DNA of 64,000 nucleotides from an uncultured Ignavibacteria bacterium. GTDB lineage: Bacteria > Bacteroidota > Ignavibacteria > SZUA-365. Each line of letters starts with the position of its first letter. Positions within the stretch are counted from its first letter, which is position 1. The notes beneath the pieces were generated by a model. The model ran no database searches. It saw only the letters and a list, made by a program, of their open reading frames with translations, and was not told where the DNA came from. Both the position numbers and the translations under genes were made by a program. This document shows positions 30,494 to 40,310 of the stretch, piece after piece. The stretch covers positions 8,870 to 72,869 of the forward strand of contig CAJXVM010000015.1 in the NCBI GenBank assembly GCA_913061095.1, in the 5' to 3' direction.

Positions 30494-30683
30494 AGGAACA
30501 CCTCACGTGCTGTTCGCGTATCAGAGATATCGCATGCAAACGGCAGATCGCCGCATCCCGGAGTCCAGAGTGCCCACGGTCGCCACGACCTGCTTTTTGC
30601 GTCGGCTGTCTTGTTTGCGATGTTCGTCTTTACTACCATTGTAATTGCCCTACATGTCTCCTTACCAGCAAACGAGCAAAGCC

Positions 30684-31700
30684 ATGAAACAATTCCTTAC
30701 CACCTTCGCTCTCCTGTTTCTGACCCTCCTGCTCCTGCACGACACGGCGCCGGCACAGAAAACCTATGTGTACGCCGCGCTGACAGACGAAGGAAATATC
30801 GCCATCGTGGACCCGGGAAGCAGCAGGCTGGTGCAGCGCATCCAGGTAGGGCGTGATCCGCTGTACATTGCGTTGAACGCGGATGAAAGCCGCCTCTATG
30901 TCAGCAACACGGGCGACATTACCGTCTCCATCGTGGATCTTGCAGAAAACGACGAAGCGCAGGTTCTGCGTCTGCCGGTAAACCGCCGCGGCATCAACGC
31001 CGGAGTGATGATCAGGAACTGGGAGGGAACACGCATGTACGTAGCGGAGCGGTCCGACGATATGGAACGCGATCTGCGCGTGTACGTGATCGACACGCAG
31101 GAGGAGCGGATCGTTGATCAGTTCGACGCCGGGAAGGAAATCAGCGCCTTGGCGGTGTCATCTGACGGCAGCAAGCTGTATGTGGTCAACAAGGGACGTG
31201 CCATCCGCGTGTTCGATACGCAGAGTCTGCAGCCGATGGGAACCCTGCCGCTGCTGGCCGGATTTGAAAGCCAGGTATGGGGTATGGCCTGCAGTCCGAC
31301 AAAAGATCTCGCCTACGTCACCTACGGCAACGCGAACAAGGTTCAGGCCATCAATACGTCAACGAACAAGCAGTCAGCCGTTGTCGATGTGCCCAAGTAT
31401 CATACCGGGATTCAGAAGCATGTCTCCTTCGGTCCGGACGGCAAGTATGCGTTCGTGCTGAATTACAAGGATACGTTCAAGGAAATCGACGGCGTGAATG
31501 TCATTGACGCCGCAACGAACAAAATCATCAAAATCTTCAATTCCGGCGAAGTGCTGCTCGGCATCGCCGTGACCGACGACGCCAAAACCTGCTATGTGGC
31601 ATCGAAGGATCTGAAGTGGTATAACCTGCTCACGCTGGAACACATCCGTTCGATATCGCTGCGTACCACGCTCGGCGGTATCGTGGTTGTCGAACGCTGA
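30684..31700 (+). CDS. Secreted YVTN/YncE-type beta-propeller protein
   Basis: Signal peptide and LYVSN, MYVA, LYVVN, AYVT repeats. Confidence 0.85.
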   Translation: MKQFLTTFALLFLTLLLLHDTAPAQKTYVYAALTDEGNIAIVDPGSSRLVQRIQVGRDPLYIALNADESRLYVSNTGDITVSIVDLAENDEAQVLRLPVNRRGINAGVMIRNWEGTRMYVAERSDDMERDLRVYVIDTQEERIVDQFDAGKEISALAVSSDGSKLYVVNKGRAIRVFDTQSLQPMGTLPLLAGFESQVWGMACSPTKDLAYVTYGNANKVQAINTSTNKQSAVVDVPKYHTGIQKHVSFGPDGKYAFVLNYKDTFKEIDGVNVIDAATNKIIKIFNSGEVLLGIAVTDDAKTCYVASKDLKWYNLLTLEHIRSISLRTTLGGIVVVER

Positions 31701-31722
31701 GTCAACGGGAGTCTGCCGATCC

Positions 31723-32364
31723 ATGAAGCGATTCGTTTCCAACAAAAAGGAAACACCGCGCATGTTCCAGAGCAATTTCCTGGAGTTTTTCTCCCGTGTG
31801 CACTGGACCGTGCCGCTGATCATTTTCGTCCCGATCATCGCGGTGTTTCTTTATCTCGGCGTCGTTCACTTCGGATTGAGCGCCGGCCGTATGCTGCTGT
31901 ACTTCCTGCTCGGGATTGTCATATGGACCTTTACCGAGTACGCACTGCACCGCTTTGTCTTCCACTATCACGCGCGCTCGGAGCGGGGCCGGAAGTTCTT
32001 CTGGACCTTCCACGGCGTGCATCACGACTACCCCAGCGATCCGCTGCGCCTGGTCATGGTGCCGTCGGTCAGTCTGCCGCTCGCCACGGCATTCTACTTC
32101 CTTTTCGTGTGGATCATGGGCTATGCTCTCGCGGCGCCGTTCATGGCAGGTTTCCTGCTCGGATACCTGTTCTATGACATCACGCATTACGCCGTGCACC
32201 ATTTCCCGATCAAAGGACGTGTGTTCGGCACGCTTCGTGAGCTGCACATGCGGCATCACTTCCAGGACCCGGAGAACGGATTCGGTGTGAGTTCGCCGTT
32301 GTGGGATATTGTCTTCCGCACCGAACTCGCTCGGACGGCAAAGCAACAGAGCGAGGCGAAATAA
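31723..32364 (+). CDS. Fatty acid hydroxylase / sterol desaturase family (FA2H/Scs7-like)
   Basis: EYALHRFVFH, HGVHHDYPSDPLRLVM, YDITHYAVHH and HMRHHF histidine boxes. Confidence 0.92.
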   Translation: MKRFVSNKKETPRMFQSNFLEFFSRVHWTVPLIIFVPIIAVFLYLGVVHFGLSAGRMLLYFLLGIVIWTFTEYALHRFVFHYHARSERGRKFFWTFHGVHHDYPSDPLRLVMVPSVSLPLATAFYFLFVWIMGYALAAPFMAGFLLGYLFYDITHYAVHHFPIKGRVFGTLRELHMRHHFQDPENGFGVSSPLWDIVFRTELARTAKQQSEAK

Positions 32365-32423
32365 GCGCATTGCATTGAGCGAAGCTGACTGAACAGAACC
32401 ACACACACGCAGAAAAGCATTGA

Positions 32424-32450
32424 AAAGCCGGAGCATATTGCTCCGGCTTT
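32424..32450. terminator. Intrinsic terminator-like hairpin between convergent genes
   Basis: Perfect 12-bp stem AAAGCCGGAGCA-TAT-TGCTCCGGCTTT. Confidence 0.75.
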
Positions 32451-32464
32451 GTCACGATGCGCTC

Positions 32465-32504
32465 AAAAAAAACGGTCATGCTTCGAAATATTCAGCATGA
32501 CCGT
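32465..32504 (-). terminator. Minus-strand terminator built from a copy of the 27-bp hairpin element
   Basis: Stem ACGGTCATGCT/AGCATGACCGT with an A8 tract on its left (U tract on the minus strand), downstream of the NlpC/P60 gene. Confidence 0.75.
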
Positions 32505-32539
32505 ATCGTGCATTCAGCACGCGAATTTCTTTGGATTGC

Positions 32540-33319
32540 TCAGGGACTCGCGAACACTCCCGCTTTTTCGGCATCAGCGGCCTGTTCACTGACGAAGCGG
32601 CCGCCGAAGCGGTACCGCCGCTCGTAGTAGCCGTCGGTGATATGATTGAAGGTCACGCCGCGCGAAGTTGAGGCATGCGCAAACACGCCGCCGCCGAGGT
32701 AGATGCCGACATGGCCGATCCGCCGGCTGTGGCGGTTGGTGCCGGTGAAAAAGATGATGTCGCCGAACTGCAGGCTGTCGAGCGCAAATATCGGCGTGAA
32801 CTGCCGCGCCTGCATGCGCGAAGAGCCGCGGAATTCACGTCCGAGCGTTTCCGTCATCACCTTCGAAGTAAAACCCGAGCAGTCGATGCCGCGCTTCGAA
32901 CGTCCGCCGTAATGGTAGCGTGTGCCGAGCCAGTTGTCGATACTCTGCATCAGCTGCAGGCGCATGACGGGATTCACAAACGGTGAGCGGGGGTCGAAAT
33001 CCTGCGTGACGGGGAGCACGGAGGAACCGCTGAAAAACACTTCCTCGAAACGGACCATCTGTGCTTCGAGAATATCTGCATATCTCGGCAGGTATTCACG
33101 GAGCACAGCGATCGCGCGCACTTTTCTGGCGGTTTTCCGTTTCTCGACCCGGTCGGTGGGAGAGAGAGACACGGTCGCATGCGCGGAAGAGATGGTCAGG
33201 ACAGCTGTTTCCGTGTTCGAAGATTTGATGGGAAATCCTGCCATGCTTGCCGGGGCGGACAGAAAGGCCAGCACCAGGGTAGACAGAATAAGAAGCTTAC
33301 GTGTTCGTCGTGTAATCAT
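32540..33319 (-). CDS. NlpC/P60 (C40) peptidoglycan endopeptidase
   Basis: Signal peptide, GTRYHYGG, GIDCSGF, GHVGIY and FAHAS motifs. Confidence 0.92.
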   Translation of the reverse strand: MITRRTRKLLILSTLVLAFLSAPASMAGFPIKSSNTETAVLTISSAHATVSLSPTDRVEKRKTARKVRAIAVLREYLPRYADILEAQMVRFEEVFFSGSSVLPVTQDFDPRSPFVNPVMRLQLMQSIDNWLGTRYHYGGRSKRGIDCSGFTSKVMTETLGREFRGSSRMQARQFTPIFALDSLQFGDIIFFTGTNRHSRRIGHVGIYLGGGVFAHASTSRGVTFNHITDGYYERRYRFGGRFVSEQAADAEKAGVFASP

Positions 33320-33626
33320 CCTTCTTCATCGTATCGTTTCGTAACCATGGACCCGCACAATCGCGGGTATCAATAAATTTACATCGTTCGGGCGGTTCGG
33401 ATCAAGGCCTGAGATGGTCACTTCTGCAGCGCCGAAACCGCTGCCGTGACTGGGTCCGGCGACCCTGATCTGTTTCGAAGCCTGAAAACACGGGGGAAAA
33501 TATATTCTCCGGTGGTTTTTGGCCCGAATGCATGTGATGTCCGGCATCACCGAAAGGATTCACCGGGTTTTGATTCTCGCCCCTTGCTGATCATATTAGG
33601 GCGACAGCAATCCCGCGAGGTCTTCC

Positions 33627-34703
33627 ATGGAACAGAAAGAATTGCGAATTATCACCGTTCTGCTTGCAACGCTGACGGCGATCGCGCTGGGGATCGTTCT
33701 GCAGCAGCTGAAATCCGTGATGCTGCCCTTCGTGCTTGCGATTTTTCTCTCCTACATCTTCAAACCGATCGTTCTGTATCTGCGGAATAAACATCTGCCC
33801 GGTTCGGTCGCGCTTCTGGTGGTGTTCCTTTTTATTCTCGCACTGTTTTTCGGGCTTTCGTCGATTATCTATTCCAGCTTCGATTCTTTTGTGCGCGAAT
33901 TCCCGAAGTATCAGAACAAGCTGTCGCTGCTGCTGCGCGAGACCACGCTGCTGATCGACGAAATGGCCGCGCGGGTCGACATCAAGCCGGAAAACATGAG
34001 TCTCTCCGACCTGGTGGATTTCTCCGCCGTGACGTCGCTCGTGACGTCCGGCGCCGGCTCCTTCATTTCTCTGCTCGGCAACTTGATCATCGTCATTCTG
34101 CTGATGTTTTTCATCCTTGCCGGCAGCGGGGATCTCATTGCCAAGCTGCACAGCGCGATCGCCCGCCGGCACTCACAGCGTCTCGCATCGATCATCGAAT
34201 CGATAGACGTCCGGGTGCGGCAGTACCTGATCACAAAAACGCTGATCAGTCTCGGAACGGGGGCGCTCACGACGATCGTGCTTCTGATTTTCGGTGTGGA
34301 TTTCGCGCTGCTCTGGGGATTTCTCACGTTCCTGCTCAACTTCATCCCCAACATCGGGTCGATCATGTCGATCATATTCCCCGTCCTGATTTCCTTCCTG
34401 CAGTTCGACAGCATTACCACGCCTCTGCTTATCATTATTCTGCTCGGAGCGACGCAGTTCGTCATGGGGAATGTCATTGAACCCAAGATGATGGAATTCA
34501 GTCTCAACCTGAGTCCGCTGCTTGTGCTGGTTTCCCTGTTTTTCTGGGGATGGCTGTGGGGTGTCTGGGGAATGATTCTCGCCGTGCCGATGATGTCGAC
34601 GCTGAAAATCGTGTTCGAGAATGTCGAATCATTGCAGCCGCTGGCGGTGCTGATGGGGGGGCGCAAGGAGGTGGCCGCGGCGGAAGAAGTCTCGGAGGAA
34701 TAG
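33627..34703 (+). CDS. AI-2E family transporter
   Basis: LLNFIPNIG, GNVIEPK and WGWLWGVWGMILAVP motifs. Confidence 0.92.
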   Translation: MEQKELRIITVLLATLTAIALGIVLQQLKSVMLPFVLAIFLSYIFKPIVLYLRNKHLPGSVALLVVFLFILALFFGLSSIIYSSFDSFVREFPKYQNKLSLLLRETTLLIDEMAARVDIKPENMSLSDLVDFSAVTSLVTSGAGSFISLLGNLIIVILLMFFILAGSGDLIAKLHSAIARRHSQRLASIIESIDVRVRQYLITKTLISLGTGALTTIVLLIFGVDFALLWGFLTFLLNFIPNIGSIMSIIFPVLISFLQFDSITTPLLIIILLGATQFVMGNVIEPKMMEFSLNLSPLLVLVSLFFWGWLWGVWGMILAVPMMSTLKIVFENVESLQPLAVLMGGRKEVAAAEEVSEE

Positions 34704-34793
34704 ACGCCCGTGCAGGCTTCCGATCGGTGAGGATGTCCGCAGCGCGCGGGATATTCGTCTGTCGGAGTTCATCGCCGGAGTTTTCCGTAAACG

Positions 34794-34825
34794 AAAAATC
34801 CCGGGCCTGTAGCCCGGGACTTCTC
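34794..34825. terminator. Probably bidirectional intrinsic terminator
   Basis: AAAAA-TCCCGGGC-CTGTA-GCCCGGGA-CTTCTC between the convergent AI-2E and hsp20 genes. Confidence 0.7.
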
Positions 34826-34926
34826 TGAGTCAGTGCACGTTCAAAATTTGAAGCTGTTGTCAGCCTGACATGACGTCAATGCTCTCTTCCCGGCATGCGG
34901 CGGCTCAGCCGCGCCGGGTTGCCTCG

Positions 34927-35367
34927 TCAGCCAATCTTGATCTGACGCGGCTTCACTTCTTCGGCCTTCGGGACAGTGACCGTGAGGACGCCGTCTTCGT
35001 ACTTCGCTGCGATCTTGTCCGAATTCACCTGCGTCGGGAAGTTGAAGGAGCGGAAGAAGCGGCCGGAGACGCGTTCGACGCGATGACAGGTCGCATCCTC
35101 CTTCTCTTCCACCGAAGCGCGTTCACCGCTGATTTTCAGTGTGCCGTCCGCGAAGTTCATCTTGATATCGTCCTTCTTCATCCCCGGGATGTCGAAGGAA
35201 AGTTCGTACTTCTCTTCGTTCTCGGTGATGTCGACCATCGGACTCCAGACGGCGGACTCATAGTCTTCGTCCTTCGTGCGTCCGGTGTTGAAGCCGCGGA
35301 AAACTCGGTCGAATTCACGCTGCAGGTTCATCAGATCAGTCGTGGGGTTCCAGCGTACGAGTGTCAT
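34927..35367 (-). CDS. Hsp20/alpha-crystallin small heat shock protein
   Basis: WSPMVDI, DIPG, ISGER, ER.SGRFFRSF, AKYEDGVL and IxI C-terminus. AAGGAGG SD upstream. Confidence 0.95.
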   Translation of the reverse strand: MTLVRWNPTTDLMNLQREFDRVFRGFNTGRTKDEDYESAVWSPMVDITENEEKYELSFDIPGMKKDDIKMNFADGTLKISGERASVEEKEDATCHRVERVSGRFFRSFNFPTQVNSDKIAAKYEDGVLTVTVPKAEEVKPRQIKIG

Positions 35368-35425
35368 GGTATCAACCTCCTTTTGGTTTGGATTTTTATC
35401 GTTTAGCTTCTTCGCCCATAGTTCA

Positions 35426-35442
35426 TGCATATCCTGTGCCAA
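35426..35442 (-). promoter_or_regulatory. sigma54 (-24/-12) promoter for hsp20
   Basis: Minus strand TTGGCACAGGATATGCA, with exact GG-N10-GC spacing. Confidence 0.75.
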
Positions 35443-35453
35443 TCGGAAGAATG

Positions 35454-35560
35454 CGACAATATGGCATTAAATGGAGCCATATTGGCATGTCAGGTATTTC
35501 TGTATATGCCGTTATGTCAGAATGGATGTCAAAATGGCGTGCCTGGCTGTCATTCTGTCG
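35454..35560. promoter_or_regulatory. Five phased TGnCA-N3-TGnCA boxes (putative activator binding array)
   Basis: Boxes start at 35454, 35475, 35507, 35527 and 35548 (spacings 21, 32, 20, 21 bp). Confidence 0.7.
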
Positions 35561-35582
35561 CTGAGATGAATGAAATCACCTG

Positions 35583-35599
35583 CTGGTACGGGATTTGCA
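35583..35599 (+). promoter_or_regulatory. sigma54 (-24/-12) promoter for dnaJ-clpB
   Basis: CTGGTACGGGATTTGCA, with exact GG-N10-GC spacing. Confidence 0.75.
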
Positions 35600-35667
35600 G
35601 GCATATATAGTAGTTGTACGGAACACGGCTCAGACCGTGTTTGATGTTTCTGGAGGTTTGAGAAAGT

Positions 35668-36498
35668 ATGCAGCAGAAAAATTACTACGACATACTGGGT
35701 GTATCCGAGAATGCCTCGGAGAGCGACATCAAGCAGGCCTACCGCAAGCTTGCGAAGCAATACCATCCAGATCGCCATCCGGGGGATAAAGAGGCCGAGG
35801 CCAAGTTCAAGGAACTGGGGGAGGCATACGAAGTACTCAAGGATCCGGCGAAACGGAAGAAATACGACGAGCTGCGACGCTACAGCAGCGGAGGGGCGCA
35901 GGGATCCATGTCGTACGAGGAATTCATGAATCGCTTCGGTGGACAAGCCACGGGCGGCGCGGAAGAGTTTACCTGGGGATTCGGCGGCGACAGCCTCGAT
36001 GATATTTTCTCCACGCTCTTCGGCGGCGGTGGCCGCTCATCCCGCAGACGCCGCGCCACTCATCCCGGTGGGGGATTCCACTTCAGCTTCGGCGGCACGG
36101 ATCCACAGTCCGGCGGATTCTCGCAGGGAACCCGCCCCCGGGGCGCCCGCGCGCAGGAAGCGCATGCGCAGGCAGCTGCTGAACCGCAGGCAACGGCCGA
36201 TCCCTTCTTCAAGCGAAAGGGGGATGACGCCTATGTCGACATCCCGATCAACCTCGCGCAGGCAATGCTCGGATCCACCGTTCGTGTCCGCACCCCGCAG
36301 GGAAAGAAGGCGAATGTCAAAATCCCTGCCGGCACGCAGCCGGAAGCCGTGCTTCGGCTCCGCGGACTGGGCTTCAGCGACCGTGGACGCACTGGCGATC
36401 TGTACATCCGCACGCATTTGAAACTGCCGGAACAGCTGACCGATGAAGAGAAAAACGAGTTCACGGCACTGTTCGACAAACTGGGAATGAAATACTGA
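35668..36498 (+). CDS. J-domain protein (class B DnaJ/CbpA-like) with a shortened C-terminal region
   Basis: YYDILGV and HPD motifs, G/F-rich region, no Zn finger. Only one KIPAG...GDLY C-terminal subdomain. Confidence 0.9.
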   Translation: MQQKNYYDILGVSENASESDIKQAYRKLAKQYHPDRHPGDKEAEAKFKELGEAYEVLKDPAKRKKYDELRRYSSGGAQGSMSYEEFMNRFGGQATGGAEEFTWGFGGDSLDDIFSTLFGGGGRSSRRRRATHPGGGFHFSFGGTDPQSGGFSQGTRPRGARAQEAHAQAAAEPQATADPFFKRKGDDAYVDIPINLAQAMLGSTVRVRTPQGKKANVKIPAGTQPEAVLRLRGLGFSDRGRTGDLYIRTHLKLPEQLTDEEKNEFTALFDKLGMKY

Positions 36499-36516
36499 TG
36501 ATATGAGGTGAATAGT

Positions 36517-39144
36517 ATGAGACTGGATCAATTTACTGTCAAGGCGCAGGAAGCCGTCACCAGCGCGCAGAGCATCGCTTCCGAGCATGCCCATCAGCAG
36601 CTCGAAGCCGAGCATCTGCTTCTGGCGCTGGTTCAGGACGCCGAGGGCGTCCCTGCGTCCGTCATAAAAAAAATTACCGGGACGCTCGATCCCATACGCG
36701 CGGATGCGCTGAAGGCGGTTGAGGCCAAACCGAAAATCTACGGCGGTGAAACGGGGCGCGTCTATCTCTCCGATACCCTGCAGAAATTGTTTCGCCGGGC
36801 CGAAAATGAAATGCGCGGGTTCCGCGACGAATTCATCAGCACCGAGCACCTGCTGCTGGCACTGGCGGGAGAGCGGGATACCGACGCATCGGACGTCCTC
36901 TCCGGCCACGGTGTCACGCACAAGGCCATACTCGAGGCGCTAAAAGGCATTCGCGGATCGCAGCGCGTGACCGATCAGAGTCCGGAGGAGAAATACCAGG
37001 CGCTCAAGCGCTTCGGTCGCGATCTGACGGAGATCGCCCGGCGCGGACGCCTGGATCCCGTCATCGGACGTGACGAGGAAATCCGGCGCTCCATCCAGGT
37101 GCTTTCCCGCCGCACGAAAAACAATCCCGTCCTTGTCGGCGACCCGGGCGTCGGGAAAACCGCACTGGTGGAGGGAATCGCCCAGCGCATCGCCTCCGGC
37201 GACGTGCCCGAGGGACTCAAGGACAAAACCGTGTTCCAGCTCGACATGGGCGCGCTCATCGCGGGCGCGAAGTTCCGCGGCGAGTTCGAGGAGCGCCTCA
37301 AGGCCGTGCTCAAGGAGGTCGCCGAATCCGACGGACGCATCATCCTCTTTATCGATGAGCTGCACACCGTCGTTGGCGCCGGAGCGGCCGAAGGTGCTGT
37401 GGACGCGGGTAACATGCTCAAGCCCATGCTGGCGCGCGGCGAGCTGCGCATGATCGGCGCGACGACGCTCGACGAATACCGCAAGTACGTCGAGAAGGAC
37501 AAGGCGCTCGAGCGCCGCTTCCAGCCCGTGGTGGTGGATGAGCCGTCCGTTGAAGACACGATTTCGATTCTGCGCGGTCTCAAGGAGAAGTACGAGCTGC
37601 ATCACGGTGTGCGCATCACCGACGGTGCCATCGTCGGCGCGGCCACGCTGTCGCATCGCTACATCGCCGATCGCTTTCTGCCCGACAAGGCCATCGATCT
37701 GATCGACGAATCCGCCGCGCGCCTGCGTACGGAAATCGATTCGATGCCCGAGGAGATGGACGAGATCGACCGGCGTATCAAGCAGCTGGAAATCGAGTCC
37801 GTCGCCCTCAAAAAGGAAAAGGATGAGGCCTCGCGCGAGCGCCGCGAGAAGATCAAGGAAGAGCTGGCGGATCTCAAGGAGCGCTATGATTCGCTGCACG
37901 GTCACTGGCAGATGGAAAAAGAGCTGATCACGGAAATCCGCGGCATCAAGGAAGCCGTGGAAACCGCGCGCTTCGAAGCCGAGAAGGCCGAGCGCGAAGG
38001 CGACTATGACCGCGCGGCCGAGCTGAAGTATGGCCGTCTGCCGGAACTCGAGCAGAAACAGGCCGAGCTCAACGAACGCCTGGCCGAGGTGCAGAAGGAA
38101 GGTTCGCTGCTCAAGCAGGAAGTCACCGAGGAGGATATCGCCGACGTGGTCGCGCGCTGGACGGGCATTCCCGTCTCACGCATGCTCGAGAGCGAACGCG
38201 AAAAGATTCTGCGCATGCCCGAGCGGCTGAAAATGCGCGTGGTCGGACAGGACGAAGCCGTCGATGCCGTTTCGGAAGCCGTACTGCGCTCCCGTGCCGG
38301 CATGAGTGACGAACGCCGCCCGATCGGCTCGTTTGTCTTTCTCGGTCCGACCGGCGTCGGGAAAACCGAACTGGCGCGCGCGCTGGCGGAATTCCTCTTC
38401 GATGACGAGAACGCCATCGTGCGTCTCGACATGTCGGAGTACATGGAGCAGTTCAACGTCAGCCGTCTCGTGGGCGCGCCTCCCGGCTACGTGGGATACG
38501 AGGAAGGCGGCCAGCTGACCGAGGCCGTGCGGCGACGGCCGTACAGCGTCGTCCTGCTTGACGAAATCGAGAAGGCGCATCCCGAGGTGTTCAACATCCT
38601 GCTGCAGGTGCTCGACGAGGGACATCTGACAGACAGCAAGGGACACGTGGTGAACTTCAAGAACACCATCATCATCATGACCTCGAATCTCGGCGCCGAT
38701 ATCATCATGGATCGCTTCCGTAGCATGACGGAAGAGAGCATGGACGAGGCCTACGAGAGCACCCGCCGCGACATCCTGCAGCTGCTGCAGAAAACGCTGC
38801 GGCCGGAATTCCTCAACCGCATCGACGAGGTGCTGATGTTCCATCCTCTCTCGAAGGGAAATCTGCACCGCATCGTGGAAGTGCAGTTCGAGCGTCTGGT
38901 GCGCGAGAACCTGAAATCCCAGGGCATGGATGCCGCAATCACCGCGGCCGCCAAGGACTGGCTGGCAGACAAGGGCTACGACCCGGTATTCGGTGCGCGT
39001 CCGCTCAAGCGCCTGATGTACAAGGAAATCATCAACCGGATATCCGCCGGCATCGTGCGCGGTGATTTCGAAAAAGGGATAACGATTACCGTGGATGCGG
39101 GTGAGGACGGTCTCGTCTTCCGGGGTACTCCCTTCGCGCATTGA
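36517..39144 (+). CDS. clpB: ATP-dependent chaperone ClpB
   Basis: Two AAA+ modules ([16 protein letters not shown]), [11 protein letters not shown], long middle coiled coil and [13 protein letters not shown]. Confidence 0.97.
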   Translation: MRLDQFTVKAQEAVTSAQSIASEHAHQQLEAEHLLLALVQDAEGVPASVIKKITGTLDPIRADALKAVEAKPKIYGGETGRVYLSDTLQKLFRRAENEMRGFRDEFISTEHLLLALAGERDTDASDVLSGHGVTHKAILEALKGIRGSQRVTDQSPEEKYQALKRFGRDLTEIARRGRLDPVIGRDEEIRRSIQVLSRRTKNNPVLVGDPGVGKTALVEGIAQRIASGDVPEGLKDKTVFQLDMGALIAGAKFRGEFEERLKAVLKEVAESDGRIILFIDELHTVVGAGAAEGAVDAGNMLKPMLARGELRMIGATTLDEYRKYVEKDKALERRFQPVVVDEPSVEDTISILRGLKEKYELHHGVRITDGAIVGAATLSHRYIADRFLPDKAIDLIDESAARLRTEIDSMPEEMDEIDRRIKQLEIESVALKKEKDEASRERREKIKEELADLKERYDSLHGHWQMEKELITEIRGIKEAVETARFEAEKAEREGDYDRAAELKYGRLPELEQKQAELNERLAEVQKEGSLLKQEVTEEDIADVVARWTGIPVSRMLESEREKILRMPERLKMRVVGQDEAVDAVSEAVLRSRAGMSDERRPIGSFVFLGPTGVGKTELARALAEFLFDDENAIVRLDMSEYMEQFNVSRLVGAPPGYVGYEEGGQLTEAVRRRPYSVVLLDEIEKAHPEVFNILLQVLDEGHLTDSKGHVVNFKNTIIIMTSNLGADIIMDRFRSMTEESMDEAYESTRRDILQLLQKTLRPEFLNRIDEVLMFHPLSKGNLHRIVEVQFERLVRENLKSQGMDAAITAAAKDWLADKGYDPVFGARPLKRLMYKEIINRISAGIVRGDFEKGITITVDAGEDGLVFRGTPFAH

Positions 39145-39196
39145 ATTTCGCTGCCGTGATGGGTAATTTGTCCGCCTGAAAAACCGGAGGAAAAAC

Positions 39197-40303
39197 GTGA
39201 AGCTGAATCACATCATCGCTGTCCTGGCAATTCTCATCGGCGCATCCGCCTGCAGTGAGGATCCCGTTCCAATCTACATCAGCGGCAACCCGCGCGTGGA
39301 TCTGGTGCGGGACAGCATCGTCGTGCAGGGCAGCGAGGGAGAGCAGGCGGCCATCCTGGCTGTTCACATGACGCCCGAGGGCGAGATGTTCGCGGGCGGG
39401 ATAGAGCTTCGTCCCGATGGACAGTACTTCCAGGGCGATATCTGGACGCATGACGGCACACTCTGGCGCTCGGCACTCGACCCGGCGACACGGGATCTCG
39501 TGCTGTCGGTGGACGATCTCGATGCCTCCCCGTCGGGCACGGTGTATGCCGTCGCGGATCTCAAGACGCCGGTCGGCCTCCGATCCAGCGCGGTGCTGCG
39601 CAGGGACGGCGACGCCTGGATCGATATCTCCCCGTCATCGCTTACGTATGCGAACGGCTGCAATATCGTTTCCGACGACGAAATCTGGCTGTACGGCAAC
39701 GGAGCGGTGATCCCGCATTACACGAATGGCGAATGGGAAATGACCGAACTGCCCGAGCCGTGGAACACCTATCATCCCAACGACCTCCGCGTCACGGCTG
39801 TTTCCGGCGGTGAGGAAAGTACCCATGCGCTTGCCGAACTGCTCACGGGTGAAACGGAATTGCCGCACATTCTCTTTCGCTGGGAGGACAGTCTGTGGAC
39901 ACCGATTTACAGAGAAGGAAAGGTCGAAGGCGCCGGCGAGGATGATCGGCAGCTGCAGACCCTGCTGCGCAGCAGGGACGGCGTGCTGATCGCCTCCGGG
40001 AGAGGCATCTACCGTCTCGACGGAGACCAGCTGGCTCATCTGCAGAATCATCCGCAGGGCAATCTGTTCCGCAGCAGTTTTCTCTCACCCGAGGGAAATA
40101 TCATCGTGGCAGGAGACGGGAATGCCATGCGATGGTCCAACGGGGAAGGATGGTACGGCGTGCACGTCGATTCACCGACTCCGGTCACGTTCATATCCGT
40201 CGCGATGAGCGATACGATGATCGTCGCGGCGGGTATCCTGGGATCGACGCTGAACCCTGAATACGTGCTGCAGCACGGGACGATCACGCGCCGGATTCCC
40301 TGA
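39197..40303 (+). CDS. Hypothetical lipoprotein, beta-propeller-like
   Basis: GGAGG SD with GTG start, lipobox ASA-C, and repeated (W/Y)xGxxW motifs. Confidence 0.7.
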   Translation: MKLNHIIAVLAILIGASACSEDPVPIYISGNPRVDLVRDSIVVQGSEGEQAAILAVHMTPEGEMFAGGIELRPDGQYFQGDIWTHDGTLWRSALDPATRDLVLSVDDLDASPSGTVYAVADLKTPVGLRSSAVLRRDGDAWIDISPSSLTYANGCNIVSDDEIWLYGNGAVIPHYTNGEWEMTELPEPWNTYHPNDLRVTAVSGGEESTHALAELLTGETELPHILFRWEDSLWTPIYREGKVEGAGEDDRQLQTLLRSRDGVLIASGRGIYRLDGDQLAHLQNHPQGNLFRSSFLSPEGNIIVAGDGNAMRWSNGEGWYGVHVDSPTPVTFISVAMSDTMIVAAGILGSTLNPEYVLQHGTITRRIP

Positions 40304-40310
40304 ATGGCGA

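Noticed and set aside
33320-33626. c-di-AMP (ydaO) riboswitch upstream of the NlpC/P60 gene
   Set aside because: Only short GGTGAATCC/GGGGCG fragments are present and the conserved core is not recognisable. An Infernal search would settle it.
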